Shown here: piece after piece, positions 37,927 through 47,608 of the stretch
How the letters are laid out: each line of letters opens with the position of its first letter
Position numbering within the stretch: position 1 is the stretch's first letter
From: Candidatus Binatia bacterium
Lineage (GTDB): Bacteria > Desulfobacterota > Binatia > Bin18
DNA: 64,000 bases
Assembly (NCBI GenBank): GCA_963664395.2
Contig: OY761159.2
Coordinates: 800,001-864,000, forward strand
Direction of reading: 5' to 3'
Translations under genes and position numbers: made by a program
Notes under the pieces: model-generated
Databases searched by the model: none
The model's input: only the letters and a program-made list of their open reading frames with translations
Told to the model about the DNA's origin: nothing

Positions 37927-40344
37927 TCAGGCACCGGCAGGTTGTGGAGCCGCTACTCCCGCTGTGGCCTCCGCCGCGATCCGCTTGCCTAAAGTAACCA
38001 CAAAACGCGGCTTTATGAGCCGTACCAAAGCCGGAATGAAGATCAACGATCCAATAACGTGGAAAACCAGAACGGTACCAAGGAGGAAGGCCATCTCGGC
38101 CTGAAACTTCATGGGAAAGAGAATCCACAGCACAACACTCCCAATCAACGTGAACCCGGTAAAGAAGACTGCCCGCCCAGTCGTCGCGAGCGCCCGTCGG
38201 TTGGCCTCGTCAAAATCCTCGCACTTGCCATACTCCTCCACAATGCGGCTGAGCACGTAGTAGGCATAGTCGATGCCGATCCCAATCCCCACCGCCGCCA
38301 CGGGGAGAGAGTTAATATTCATATCGATGCCAGAGAAGTACATGATCGTCTCGATGATCGGCTGGGCAACAATAGGCGGCTGCATCACAATGAGTGCGCC
38401 GATAATCGACCGATACGTCAGAAGGCTGAGGGCGAAGATAGCGACAAGGATCAGCATGAGGTTGGTCTTATAAGAGGCTGCTATCTCCTCGTTCATTGCC
38501 GCCAGGACGCCGATCAGGCCGCCTGCCAGGCGAAAGTCGACCTTCTCCTGGGGGTTGGCGTCAATAAAATCCTTTGCGGAAGACAAGGCGTGTTTGGCCA
38601 TTCTGTTGGAATAGTCCTGGTAGTAGAGGGTCACAATGGCATTCTGATAGTCATGGCTATAGAGCCGTCCCACCTCATTGGACGCCATGAAGGTTGTGAC
38701 AACGAAAAACGTCGAGCCGATGTCCGAGCGGTTCAGGGGGAGCACCTCCCAGTTCGGATCGCCCTCATGAAACATACGGAACACCCGCTTGAGGAGTGAC
38801 GTAGAACTGTCCGAGCCGGTCGCTCCGCCTTCTTGCTCCATGTGCCACTGGAACTCTTCCATCGCCCGCAATACGTCCTTATTCTTGATCGCTTCCTTGA
38901 CCTTCCCCTCTACCACCACCATCATCTGACTGGCGCCCAAGAAATTGTCGTTAACCTTGCGCGAAGCCACGTTGTACGGATGGTCCGGGTACATCAGCGC
39001 ATCCTCAATCGAAACGGTACTCACCTGCAGCTGCCGGGAGAAATAAATTCCCAGCGTCAGTAACAGCACCATCACAGTCACGCTCACGTAACGCCTCCCG
39101 GAATCCTGGCTCATCCACACCATGAAGCGAGTCACGCTCATATAAAAGCGATCGCTAAGATAGCTGCCGGCCTTAGGATCTTGGCGGGGCGGCGGAATAT
39201 AGGAGAGCAGAACCGGGTGCAGGGTGATCACACTGACCACAATGGTAACGATCCAAAAGCTCGCCACAAAGGCGATGTTTTGAATAACGGGGATCCGGGC
39301 CACCGCCAGCGTGAAAATGGCCAGGGCGTCTGAAGCGATGGACACCATGGCCGGGTCAAACAGGCTCACGTAAGAGGCAATAATGGCCTGGTCTTTATTG
39401 CCCAAGCGGGCATATTCTTCATGATAGCGCTCCATGGACTGCACCGAGTGCGAGAGCGCTCGGGCCGTAATCAGCACGAATACCACCATCACCAGCGGAT
39501 CGAGCTTAAAGCCAGCCACACCCGCAAAGCCAATCGCCCACAGCGCGCTCAAGAGCCCAGAAAAGAGGGGCACCAGGACGCCTATCAGCGTGTGGAAATA
39601 CGTGTACAAAAGCACGCACATGACGACGACAGTGACGCTAATAACGAGCAGGAGGTGAGGGCGATAGTGGTGCACCCAGGTATACAGCATGGGATAGCCG
39701 GTGATGTGAAGACGGGTATTGTCGTCCTCGTATGTCTCTCGCAGTTCATTGGTCCGCGCCCAGAGATAATCGAAATTCGTGCCCTCTTCCCACAGCCCGG
39801 CTGTGATGAGGACTGCCTTGTCGTCCATGGACACAAGCGATCCCCGCATGCCGCTGGACGTGTAGACCTTCTCGCGGAGGAATTGCAAATCCTCTTCCGA
39901 ATCGGGCAACTCCATGACAATGGGCAGGGTGGAAATGCCGCCAGCAGTGACGGTGATGTTCTTGACACTCGGGTGTGTCAGTGACGAGACCTGAAAAGGA
40001 TTGACGCCTTTGGTATCCATGATGGCTCGGGTAATGCCGTCGATTTTCTTGACCGTTTCGATCGTATAGATATCCCCTTCCTTCACCTCTAGAACGATCA
40101 TCATCACGTTGGCTGTGCCGAACATGTGGCGATACTCTTGATACAGCTGAATATAGGGATGGTTGGGGGGATAGAGCTCGAAAAAGTCCGTGTGGATGCG
40201 AGTATACTTGACCGCCAGATACCCGAACAGCGTAGTGCTCAGCAGGATGAATACGAGTGTCCCGATCCGGTGACGAAGGAGAAAATAGAGGTATTGTTGC
40301 GTCAGGTAGCGGCGGTCAAATTTTGCCCACACAGTCGAGAGCAT
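37927..40344 (-). CDS. MMPL/RND family transporter
   Basis: 805 aa, two repeats of large loop plus TM bundle, GIGIGIDY. Confidence 0.9.
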   Translation of the reverse strand: MLSTVWAKFDRRYLTQQYLYFLLRHRIGTLVFILLSTTLFGYLAVKYTRIHTDFFELYPPNHPYIQLYQEYRHMFGTANVMMIVLEVKEGDIYTIETVKKIDGITRAIMDTKGVNPFQVSSLTHPSVKNITVTAGGISTLPIVMELPDSEEDLQFLREKVYTSSGMRGSLVSMDDKAVLITAGLWEEGTNFDYLWARTNELRETYEDDNTRLHITGYPMLYTWVHHYRPHLLLVISVTVVVMCVLLYTYFHTLIGVLVPLFSGLLSALWAIGFAGVAGFKLDPLVMVVFVLITARALSHSVQSMERYHEEYARLGNKDQAIIASYVSLFDPAMVSIASDALAIFTLAVARIPVIQNIAFVASFWIVTIVVSVITLHPVLLSYIPPPRQDPKAGSYLSDRFYMSVTRFMVWMSQDSGRRYVSVTVMVLLLTLGIYFSRQLQVSTVSIEDALMYPDHPYNVASRKVNDNFLGASQMMVVVEGKVKEAIKNKDVLRAMEEFQWHMEQEGGATGSDSSTSLLKRVFRMFHEGDPNWEVLPLNRSDIGSTFFVVTTFMASNEVGRLYSHDYQNAIVTLYYQDYSNRMAKHALSSAKDFIDANPQEKVDFRLAGGLIGVLAAMNEEIAASYKTNLMLILVAIFALSLLTYRSIIGALIVMQPPIVAQPIIETIMYFSGIDMNINSLPVAAVGIGIGIDYAYYVLSRIVEEYGKCEDFDEANRRALATTGRAVFFTGFTLIGSVVLWILFPMKFQAEMAFLLGTVLVFHVIGSLIFIPALVRLIKPRFVVTLGKRIAAEATAGVAAPQPAGA

Positions 40345-40356
40345 GCTTCCTCCCTC

Positions 40357-41697
40357 TTAACGTTCGTCAGGCCTCCGGATCCAAACGCCCTCATCCGGCG
40401 AGCTGCCACTGACAAGGAAAAGCCCATAGGCACCAACCAGAAAAGAGTGATTTCCAGGGACCACGGATAGCCGTCTTATCCAGGACAGGCGGTACTCCGG
40501 ATCCAGCTCTACCTGTTCCCATCCCATTCCGCCATCCGTAGAGACCAACACGGTGCCTCGATCTCCCACAATCCATCCCCGGTCTCCTATAACATGCACC
40601 CCATACAGGGCTCGCTGAACATCGATGGGTTGAAACTCCCACTGGCGCCCCCCATCCTGGGTATACGCAATGGTCCCATCCTGACCGACCGCCCAGCCTC
40701 GGAGCGGAGAAACAAAGCAAAGACCGTACACGCTGGGCGAGGGAACCTCAACACCAAACGCCTCGAGTTCTTCTGCGCTGAACTCTGCGTCTACGGTTTC
40801 CTGTTCATGCATGGGATGGCGAGGAAGTACCGCCCTCTCCCAGGTCTTGCCTGCATCTTGGGTGCGCAGCACCAACCCGTGCTCTCCGCCGATCCAGCCA
40901 TGCGCCTGGTCGAGAAAAAAGACGGCGTTCAGCACCGTGTCTTCCCGGACCCGCACGTCTCTCACACCACTCTGGCGGATCTCCGCGATGAGCAAATCGT
41001 CCAGCAGTTGTCCCGCCCTGGCTACGATCTCCCCAGTCCTAGGATCAACCACATCCTGCAGGGCCACCGCCTGGATGACCCGTCCCCGTTCCTCCAGCCG
41101 CAGTGACAACGACCGATCAACCCAATGCCTTCCCCCGTCTTGGGTGAAAAGGATAGCGCCCAAATGCCCAACCACCCAGCCCGTATTCCGGTCGATAAAT
41201 GCGACGTCGAAGAGTGGCAGGTTGCCAAGATGCGACGTCACGACCCCTTTCTTCAATCGGGGCCCGATTGTCTCAGTGGCGGTAGAGAGGTCTGCTCGCG
41301 CTTCAAAGCCACTCTGTTGCTGTTTCCAGGTTGATCCGCCGTCTTGGGTGTGGAGGATCACGCCTCCTTCCCCAACCACCCAGCCGTGCGTGCTATCGGC
41401 AAAATTGACCGCGGTCAATAAGGTGCTGACTCCGCTCTGCTGCGCTTCCCAACCCTTTCCCCTGTCAGTGGTATGGAAAATGCCCCCTAGACGACCGACT
41501 GCCCAGCCCTCGTCTTTATCGAGAAAGAACACCCCGTGCAGATTAAGCGCTGGAAGGCGGGCCAGTTGCTCTTGAGCCGTGGCTGGGGAGAGCAGCAATC
41601 CCTCGCTCCCGCCGAAGAGGAAAAAAAATGCAATAAAAACTAAGAGTATTGACTTTCTTTGACGAGACAAAGCAGTACCTCTCCCAAAGGTCACCAC
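40357..41697 (-). CDS. YCF48-related beta-propeller protein with inserted module
   Basis: Repeated GWxVGxxGxIxxTxDGGxxW blades; signal-like N-terminus. Confidence 0.88.
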   Translation of the reverse strand: MVTFGRGTALSRQRKSILLVFIAFFFLFGGSEGLLLSPATAQEQLARLPALNLHGVFFLDKDEGWAVGRLGGIFHTTDRGKGWEAQQSGVSTLLTAVNFADSTHGWVVGEGGVILHTQDGGSTWKQQQSGFEARADLSTATETIGPRLKKGVVTSHLGNLPLFDVAFIDRNTGWVVGHLGAILFTQDGGRHWVDRSLSLRLEERGRVIQAVALQDVVDPRTGEIVARAGQLLDDLLIAEIRQSGVRDVRVREDTVLNAVFFLDQAHGWIGGEHGLVLRTQDAGKTWERAVLPRHPMHEQETVDAEFSAEELEAFGVEVPSPSVYGLCFVSPLRGWAVGQDGTIAYTQDGGRQWEFQPIDVQRALYGVHVIGDRGWIVGDRGTVLVSTDGGMGWEQVELDPEYRLSWIRRLSVVPGNHSFLVGAYGLFLVSGSSPDEGVWIRRPDER

Positions 41698-41732
41698 AAC
41701 GGACTCCTTATGGATTGCAGCAAAAGGGAGTA

Positions 41733-41761
41733 TGTAGGAGCGAGATCACCTCGCCCCTACA
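41733..41761. repeat. GTAG-type REP-like palindrome
   Basis: TGTAGGAGCGAG-ATCAC-CTCGCCCCTACA; second copy 51856-51884. Confidence 0.7.
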
Positions 41762-41769
41762 GCACCGTC

Positions 41770-43281
41770 CTATCTCCCAAGCTCCAGAAATCTCGCTAGG
41801 TCAAACTGTTGAGCGGGAACGAGGCCGACTGGAACGTAGTGCGTGTCCAGGTGTTGGCCCTTGCCTGCGGCCAGGCCGCCGTCGGCCATAATCACCGTCC
41901 CTCGATTAACCTTGTCATCAACAGCAATGGCTGCCCGGGCGTCACTACAGACGTTCAGCACCCCCTCCCGCATGAAGCGGGTGTATTCGATCCACAGCAG
42001 GATCGTCCGCCAGTACTCACCAGCCCGGTTGTACGCCTGCTTCCAGCCCGGGATAAACAGGTGCGGCTCAAACTCATAGATTTGCTTCCCGTAGTTGTAA
42101 TAGGGGTCCTTCGGAGTGGCCTCGAGAACGTACATGGGGACAGGAACCCACAGCATGTTCACCGTCCACCACGCTGCATATTTTTTTGAATCATCCTGAT
42201 AGCCAAAATGCAGGTCCTGGTACGGCGGCATAAAGGAACCGGGGACTTTTTTGTACGTATAGTGCGTCGACGGCAGGCCCTGATTGGTAATACGGGCCAC
42301 ATAGTCGTCGGGCGCTTGGCCTACCTTGCGAGACACGGGCAGCAGCGACGTTTTGACACCCAAAAACTTCCAATCCATCATCTCGACCTTGCCGGCGTAA
42401 ATGGGCTCAGCATCGTCTAAGGCGAACTCGGTGCCCAATATCCCTTCAGAACGGTTTGCAGCTGTGAGCCGCCGCATCCGTCGGACAGCCGGGGAGTATA
42501 TCCACACGCTGTCGTTCTTTGTGGGGTCGGCCCAGCGCCAGCTGAGCTGGGCCACGCCAAAGACGTCGGACGGGGCCAGGAAGTAGAAGATTTCCTGAAA
42601 AATGACCGGCCGTTTGATCTGAATGGGTGCGCGGCGAAACTCGATGAGTTGCCGGATCACATGCAGGTCCAAAAGACGCTCATAACCGCCGTCGCGCGGA
42701 CCGGTAAACAGCTTGGCCCCAGGGTCATCGACCTCGTTACACGTTGAGTTGGCTGAAGCCTGGGCATTCCAGATGATCTTGGCCGCTATCTTGCTATTTT
42801 CCTCTGTGAAGTCGAGCTCAGGATACGGGTAGCCCAGAGGCATGGGAAAAGGCCGCTCCCCAGAGGCATCGACGATGCCATTAATATCATCTATGCGGTA
42901 CTTGCCGATGTTATTTTTGGTGGACTCGAAGAACGTCGGGTCCCAAATCCTATTCATGAGGTCGGGCGGATCGAACTGCCCGATCGTAAAGATGTAATCG
43001 CCGTTCTTGGTCCGCTGGTACACCGACTCGGGCACCAGATCCTTAATCAGGTCGGCGTTCTCCGCGGTGATCTGTAGGCCCGGGCTCAGGCTGTGCTTTT
43101 CCATCATCTCCGCCTGGTTCGGTAGCCTCGGCGCATCCGTTGTGCCCCAGCCGAACTCATACGAGGGTGGACAACAGCTGCCCTTTTCATGTTGAACGGC
43201 ATACTCCTCGGCACTGGCCCAGCCGAACAGCAGACTGCTCAGCAGAGCACCTCTCAAGCAATGTTGCATCCATGCGTACAT
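41770..43281 (-). CDS. DUF1329 family periplasmic (LolA-like) protein
   Basis: VWIYSPAVRRMRRL, GTEFALDD, YVLEATPKDPYYNYGK, YNRAGEYWR; AAGGAG RBS. Confidence 0.88.
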   Translation of the reverse strand: MYAWMQHCLRGALLSSLLFGWASAEEYAVQHEKGSCCPPSYEFGWGTTDAPRLPNQAEMMEKHSLSPGLQITAENADLIKDLVPESVYQRTKNGDYIFTIGQFDPPDLMNRIWDPTFFESTKNNIGKYRIDDINGIVDASGERPFPMPLGYPYPELDFTEENSKIAAKIIWNAQASANSTCNEVDDPGAKLFTGPRDGGYERLLDLHVIRQLIEFRRAPIQIKRPVIFQEIFYFLAPSDVFGVAQLSWRWADPTKNDSVWIYSPAVRRMRRLTAANRSEGILGTEFALDDAEPIYAGKVEMMDWKFLGVKTSLLPVSRKVGQAPDDYVARITNQGLPSTHYTYKKVPGSFMPPYQDLHFGYQDDSKKYAAWWTVNMLWVPVPMYVLEATPKDPYYNYGKQIYEFEPHLFIPGWKQAYNRAGEYWRTILLWIEYTRFMREGVLNVCSDARAAIAVDDKVNRGTVIMADGGLAAGKGQHLDTHYVPVGLVPAQQFDLARFLELGR

Positions 43282-43320
43282 ACAATTCTCCTTTCTCAAT
43301 CAGATCAGATTTCAATCAGA

Positions 43321-44961
43321 TCAGAAGAGTAAATAGTCAATCCGAAAGGCGATATTATCCCAGTCCTTTGTCAGGCCAACACCGGTGGGACCGTCAAAAC
43401 GCCCTTCGATATAATTATATTCTATGCGGAAACGCCACGGGTCATTGATAAAGGTGAGCTGAGGCTGTATGAGCCACGACCCGCTCCAGTCGTAGATCAC
43501 GACGAACTGGGGCATCACCTGAGCCAAACCAAAGAAGAATGAGGCATTATACAGCGTATTGGCTATGAAGGTGCTATAATGAGCGTTTCTGTACAGGTTA
43601 GCGAAGCGATTTTTGTTTCCCCCATTATGCTTGCTCAGAGAAAGCGGAATTCTGAGCCCGCTCACGCTTCCCTGGATGCTGCGGTGGAAGTGTTGCGCCG
43701 AAAGAAAGAAGGTGTTGGCAGGATTCAGAGACCGGAACCACTGGGTATGGTCAAGGCCGAACGCCCATTGGATCACGTCCCGCTTGGGGATCCGATCTCC
43801 CACGGCGAGGTTCTCGTTCTCCTTGAAGAATGCCCGGCCAAAAGAGCCCGCTATTTCCGCACGAAAGACGCTGTAGGTGAGGTTCTTTAAGATGGGCACC
43901 TGAAACTGGGAAACAGGGGCAGAGGCCGTAGCACCGACAAGCTGGTAGTTATTGTTATTCTTGATTTTGAGGACCAGGTCTTCTCGATTACTCGTCTCTT
44001 CGAGATTGATTGTCGTCCCAATGTCCTCGGCATTATAGGTTGTGAGCCAATTCAGGGTAACGGTGGTATCTCCTATGGTTGACAGCAACCGTACCCCTGC
44101 CCGGCTGTCTCCCAGGTTTCTGTCTGGACGAGGATTCTGGGTACCGATGAAGTCACAGCCGGCCCTATCGGCACACGCGTCAAGAGACGCATTAAACGTC
44201 GGCGCGATGGTTGTATTGAGGGCTCCAGGCGTGACATCCCATGGCTGGCCCCCGACCCCTTCTAGGGGGTTGCGGTTATCGGGCGCAATGAAAGCTTGGA
44301 GGGTGAGGTTGTAGATGTTCCAGTCGGGAAATTCCGCTAACCCCAGCGAGAATCGGACCATAGTGAGTGGCCGGCGTCGCTCGTCCAGGGGAAGCAGAAA
44401 TCCGCCAAAGCCATTATCGAGGGGGTTAATCTGGTCGATCACGCGAAAGATGTCGGTTTCTCCCCAGGAAAGGTTTTGTCGCCCGGCCCGAATGTTGAAC
44501 CGGCCGCCGAGGTGCGACGTCTCCCCGTATAATTCGAAAATCTGAAAGCGGCTTGCGTTCTGCAGATCATAAGGTCTGAGATTGCGGTAACCGGCTGGTC
44601 CGTAATCGTAGACAGCGTCGTATTCAAAGCGAGGATTGAACAAGAACCGCGCCTCATGGATACTGAGCGCTTCCTGAATGAGGCTGCCGCCCGGGACACG
44701 GTCGAACCACGGAGTCACCGTAACCCGGATCGTGGGATCTAAGAAGAAGCGGTGCTGGAACATATTCCCGGCTGATGCTTTCGTGTTGGCTCCCCGCGAG
44801 TCGTTGAGACGCATCCTATATTGGGTATAAAACGTCGACGTGAAAATCATCGTTTGGGCATCGTCAAGATAGAGCGCACTCGCAGGCCGGACACCGAGGA
44901 AACCTACGACAAGCCACCCCACAAGACCGAGCAACGCATACCATTTTCTCCCTCTACGCAT
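43321..44961 (-). CDS. DUF1302 family outer-membrane protein
   Basis: Signal peptide, RAGRQNLSWGETD.FR..DQINPLD, C-terminal beta-strand ending in F. Confidence 0.82.
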   Translation of the reverse strand: MRRGRKWYALLGLVGWLVVGFLGVRPASALYLDDAQTMIFTSTFYTQYRMRLNDSRGANTKASAGNMFQHRFFLDPTIRVTVTPWFDRVPGGSLIQEALSIHEARFLFNPRFEYDAVYDYGPAGYRNLRPYDLQNASRFQIFELYGETSHLGGRFNIRAGRQNLSWGETDIFRVIDQINPLDNGFGGFLLPLDERRRPLTMVRFSLGLAEFPDWNIYNLTLQAFIAPDNRNPLEGVGGQPWDVTPGALNTTIAPTFNASLDACADRAGCDFIGTQNPRPDRNLGDSRAGVRLLSTIGDTTVTLNWLTTYNAEDIGTTINLEETSNREDLVLKIKNNNNYQLVGATASAPVSQFQVPILKNLTYSVFRAEIAGSFGRAFFKENENLAVGDRIPKRDVIQWAFGLDHTQWFRSLNPANTFFLSAQHFHRSIQGSVSGLRIPLSLSKHNGGNKNRFANLYRNAHYSTFIANTLYNASFFFGLAQVMPQFVVIYDWSGSWLIQPQLTFINDPWRFRIEYNYIEGRFDGPTGVGLTKDWDNIAFRIDYLLF

Positions 44962-44992
44962 TTTTCTCCCTCCTTCCTGAGAAATCCTTCGA

Positions 44993-46756
44993 TTAACTAG
45001 GCTGACCGTGACGCAGCAGTTTGCCTGGAGTGGCCCCAGTACACTTCCCATCCTCAAAGATCGTCTGCCCGTTGACCAAGATGTGCCGATACCCCTCAGC
45101 CCGCTGGACCCGCCGCCACTCGCCAGCCGGCAGATCGTAGACAACCTCGTCGGGTAAGGCCTCCAGCTTGTCCAGATCGTAGATGATAATATCGGCCGCC
45201 AACCCCTCACGTAGCGTGCCCCGATCCTTAAAACCTCCTGCCCAGGCCATCAGCCCGCTCAAGCGAAAATGGGCCTCCTCCAGGGAGAGGAGTCCTCCAT
45301 CCCGCGCCATCCAGGCCAGCACCTCCGTGGGGTAGATGCCCGCAGTGAGGAATTTGACGTGCGCGCCCCCATCCGACAGCCCAGTCAGAATATAGGGCGA
45401 ATTCATCATCTGCCGGTAGTTCTCCACCTCGGCGCCGACCGCTGGTCCGGTCCATTCCGTCCTCAGATTATCGGCCACCGACAGATCCAGCATGGCATCA
45501 ATAATGTGTTTGTTCTCCTGCTCGGCAATCTGCCCGACCGATAACCCCTCATACTGTGCCTTGAGATCTTCCTGACGCACTTTTCTGGCGATGTACCGAG
45601 GAAGGTCCCCAAAGATAAAATCGCTGGCTTTGGTACTCGTCTCGTATTCCTCCCGCATCGCCTGGCGGATTTTGGGGTCAGACATCTTAGCCTTTTTCTC
45701 CTCCAGGGTGCCCACGGTGGCTGCCCGCCAGGCCGGACTATCGTCAAACAGGTTCCAGTCCTCCAACGTCATCCGCGCCGGCATGCGTGCCGTCAAACCA
45801 TGTCCGAGCACCTGAATCCCCCTGGCATTGAACTCGGTGATCTGCTGCAGCTGTGCCTGTTGGACTTCAAGCAGACGGTCATTGACCACGACGGAAGCGA
45901 ATACCACCGGCCGGCCACTCAGCTCAGCCAGCTGCGCACAGAAGTCGAGGTCGCGCGATGTTCCAAACTTGCCACCACCCTCTTCCGCCGCAGCGGTGGC
46001 GTGCATCAGCTCGATGAAGCCGCCTTCAGTCCTCTCCCCTAACGCCCGCGCCATCGTCAAATAGAACTCATCGGGCAGGAGATCCGTAATCATCGGGGTG
46101 CCATCATAATCCCGCTGGAACGAGCCTCTGCCCTCAGGGCTTTCGGGAATCAGGCGTTGGGTTGACCAGCCCACGGCGCCCGCATCCATCGCGCCATGGA
46201 AGTGCTGCAAAATCTCTCCCATCTCCTGCTCGTTTGGAAAGCGCTCCTTCGCCTCGTCAAACCCGCCCATCACATAGGCCACGGCTGGCCCAATCGGAAA
46301 CATATGCGAGATGTTGATCCCCAGCGGCAGGCGCTCCAGACGATCCATGTATTGCGGGAAGGTCTCCCAGTCGACCTTCATAGATGCCCGCATCGACTCC
46401 ACGGGGATCGCCTCGTTGCGTGCCAAGGACAGCATAGCCCGCTCCACATCCTTGGCACGCACCGGGGCAAACCCAAATCCACAGTTGCCGATAGTCACCG
46501 AGGTCACGCCATGCCAGCTGCCCATGGTACAGTAGGGATCCCAGTGCACCTGGGCATCATAGTGGGTATGTAGGTCAATGACGCCTGGGGCCACAATGAG
46601 TCCCGTGGCATCGATCACCTGGGCCGCGTCACTGGTCTTCAGCCGACCGGTTTTGGCGACCTTGCCGTTCTTGATGCCGAGGTCGGCGCGGTAACGCGGT
46701 ACCCGGGTTCCATCGATTATGGTGCCGCCTTTGATCAGCGTATCGAACTCTGTCAT
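44993..46756 (-). CDS. Amidohydrolase, N-acyl-D-amino acid deacylase-like
   Basis: APGVIDLHTHYDAQ, GNCGFG, SDGGAH, DRGTLREG.AAD. Confidence 0.9.
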   Translation of the reverse strand: MTEFDTLIKGGTIIDGTRVPRYRADLGIKNGKVAKTGRLKTSDAAQVIDATGLIVAPGVIDLHTHYDAQVHWDPYCTMGSWHGVTSVTIGNCGFGFAPVRAKDVERAMLSLARNEAIPVESMRASMKVDWETFPQYMDRLERLPLGINISHMFPIGPAVAYVMGGFDEAKERFPNEQEMGEILQHFHGAMDAGAVGWSTQRLIPESPEGRGSFQRDYDGTPMITDLLPDEFYLTMARALGERTEGGFIELMHATAAAEEGGGKFGTSRDLDFCAQLAELSGRPVVFASVVVNDRLLEVQQAQLQQITEFNARGIQVLGHGLTARMPARMTLEDWNLFDDSPAWRAATVGTLEEKKAKMSDPKIRQAMREEYETSTKASDFIFGDLPRYIARKVRQEDLKAQYEGLSVGQIAEQENKHIIDAMLDLSVADNLRTEWTGPAVGAEVENYRQMMNSPYILTGLSDGGAHVKFLTAGIYPTEVLAWMARDGGLLSLEEAHFRLSGLMAWAGGFKDRGTLREGLAADIIIYDLDKLEALPDEVVYDLPAGEWRRVQRAEGYRHILVNGQTIFEDGKCTGATPGKLLRHGQPS

Positions 46757-46806
46757 AAGCCCCTCCTGTTGGTTACAGAGTTAACTGATTACCCTATCTT
46801 AATAGT

Positions 46807-46838
46807 ACCTGAGTAAAAAATTGAACGTTCACTCAGGT
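46807..46838. promoter_or_regulatory. Candidate operator upstream of the amidohydrolase-DUF1302 operon
   Basis: ACCTGAGT...ACTCAGGT inverted repeat enclosing the palindrome TGAACGTTCA. Confidence 0.4.
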
Positions 46839-47077
46839 GATCTCCTTGACTTTGCCATAAACGAACTATCTATGTCAACACTGAGTCCGCCAGAGCGCAT
46901 TGCGCTCGTCGTGGCGAGAGGAACAAAAAAGTAGCGTGCGCTGTGCGCACGACAAATTCCGCAAATTGCGTTGCGATTCCAAGGGTTTACAGTTTATTGG
47001 GAGTAAATCCGAAAATTTTGTTCATGAGCAGCGGGAACGTAGCGGAAGCGAAGAATCTCATACCAAGGCTGCTCTCT

Positions 47078-47608
47078 TTAGCTCCTTGCCGCGAAAAACA
47101 GCTTGCGCACCTCCCAGCGGATCACCGATCCCACTAGGACAACCCGTGGACCATCGTCCACCTGGGCATACACACTGGTACGGCCTGGATTGTGACTACC
47201 AAGTGCCAGGGTACGTGAGTTCCCCTCCTCAGAGAGGAGTGAGATACTGGTGGCTGGACGATCGAGGCCATACTCCGGAAGCCTTGCTAATCCATCCGCA
47301 ACTTCCCCGATTTCCATAAGCCCCTCAAGGCTTTGTAGAAAATCTGTCATCCCTCCCGTACGGAGTTCCTGCATCTCGGGCTCTACTTTCCACCCCTCTG
47401 GCGTGCGTTGGCAAACAAGACTCTCTCCCTCGTACACAACTTCTACTCTCACCACCTCCCGCGGGTTAAACTTCAGCACCCGGCGCTGGCGGGCCTCTTG
47501 TCTGGCAGCCTCGTTAGTCCCAAGAGTGGTGAGATAGGTATAGCTCCCAAGGACCAGCACTCCTGCCGCAAGCAGGATAACACGACGCGCTTCGGCCGAA
47601 AGCGTCAT
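47078..47608 (-). CDS. DUF4340 domain protein
   Basis: N-terminal TM, EYGLDRP, TLALGSHNP...VYA; ATGA overlap with GldG-like gene. Confidence 0.8.
   Translation of the reverse strand: MTLSAEARRVILLAAGVLVLGSYTYLTTLGTNEAARQEARQRRVLKFNPREVVRVEVVYEGESLVCQRTPEGWKVEPEMQELRTGGMTDFLQSLEGLMEIGEVADGLARLPEYGLDRPATSISLLSEEGNSRTLALGSHNPGRTSVYAQVDDGPRVVLVGSVIRWEVRKLFFAARS

Noticed and set aside
43296-43325. TCAATCAGATCAGA direct repeat at the DUF1302 stop
   Set aside because: Simple local duplication with no evident function
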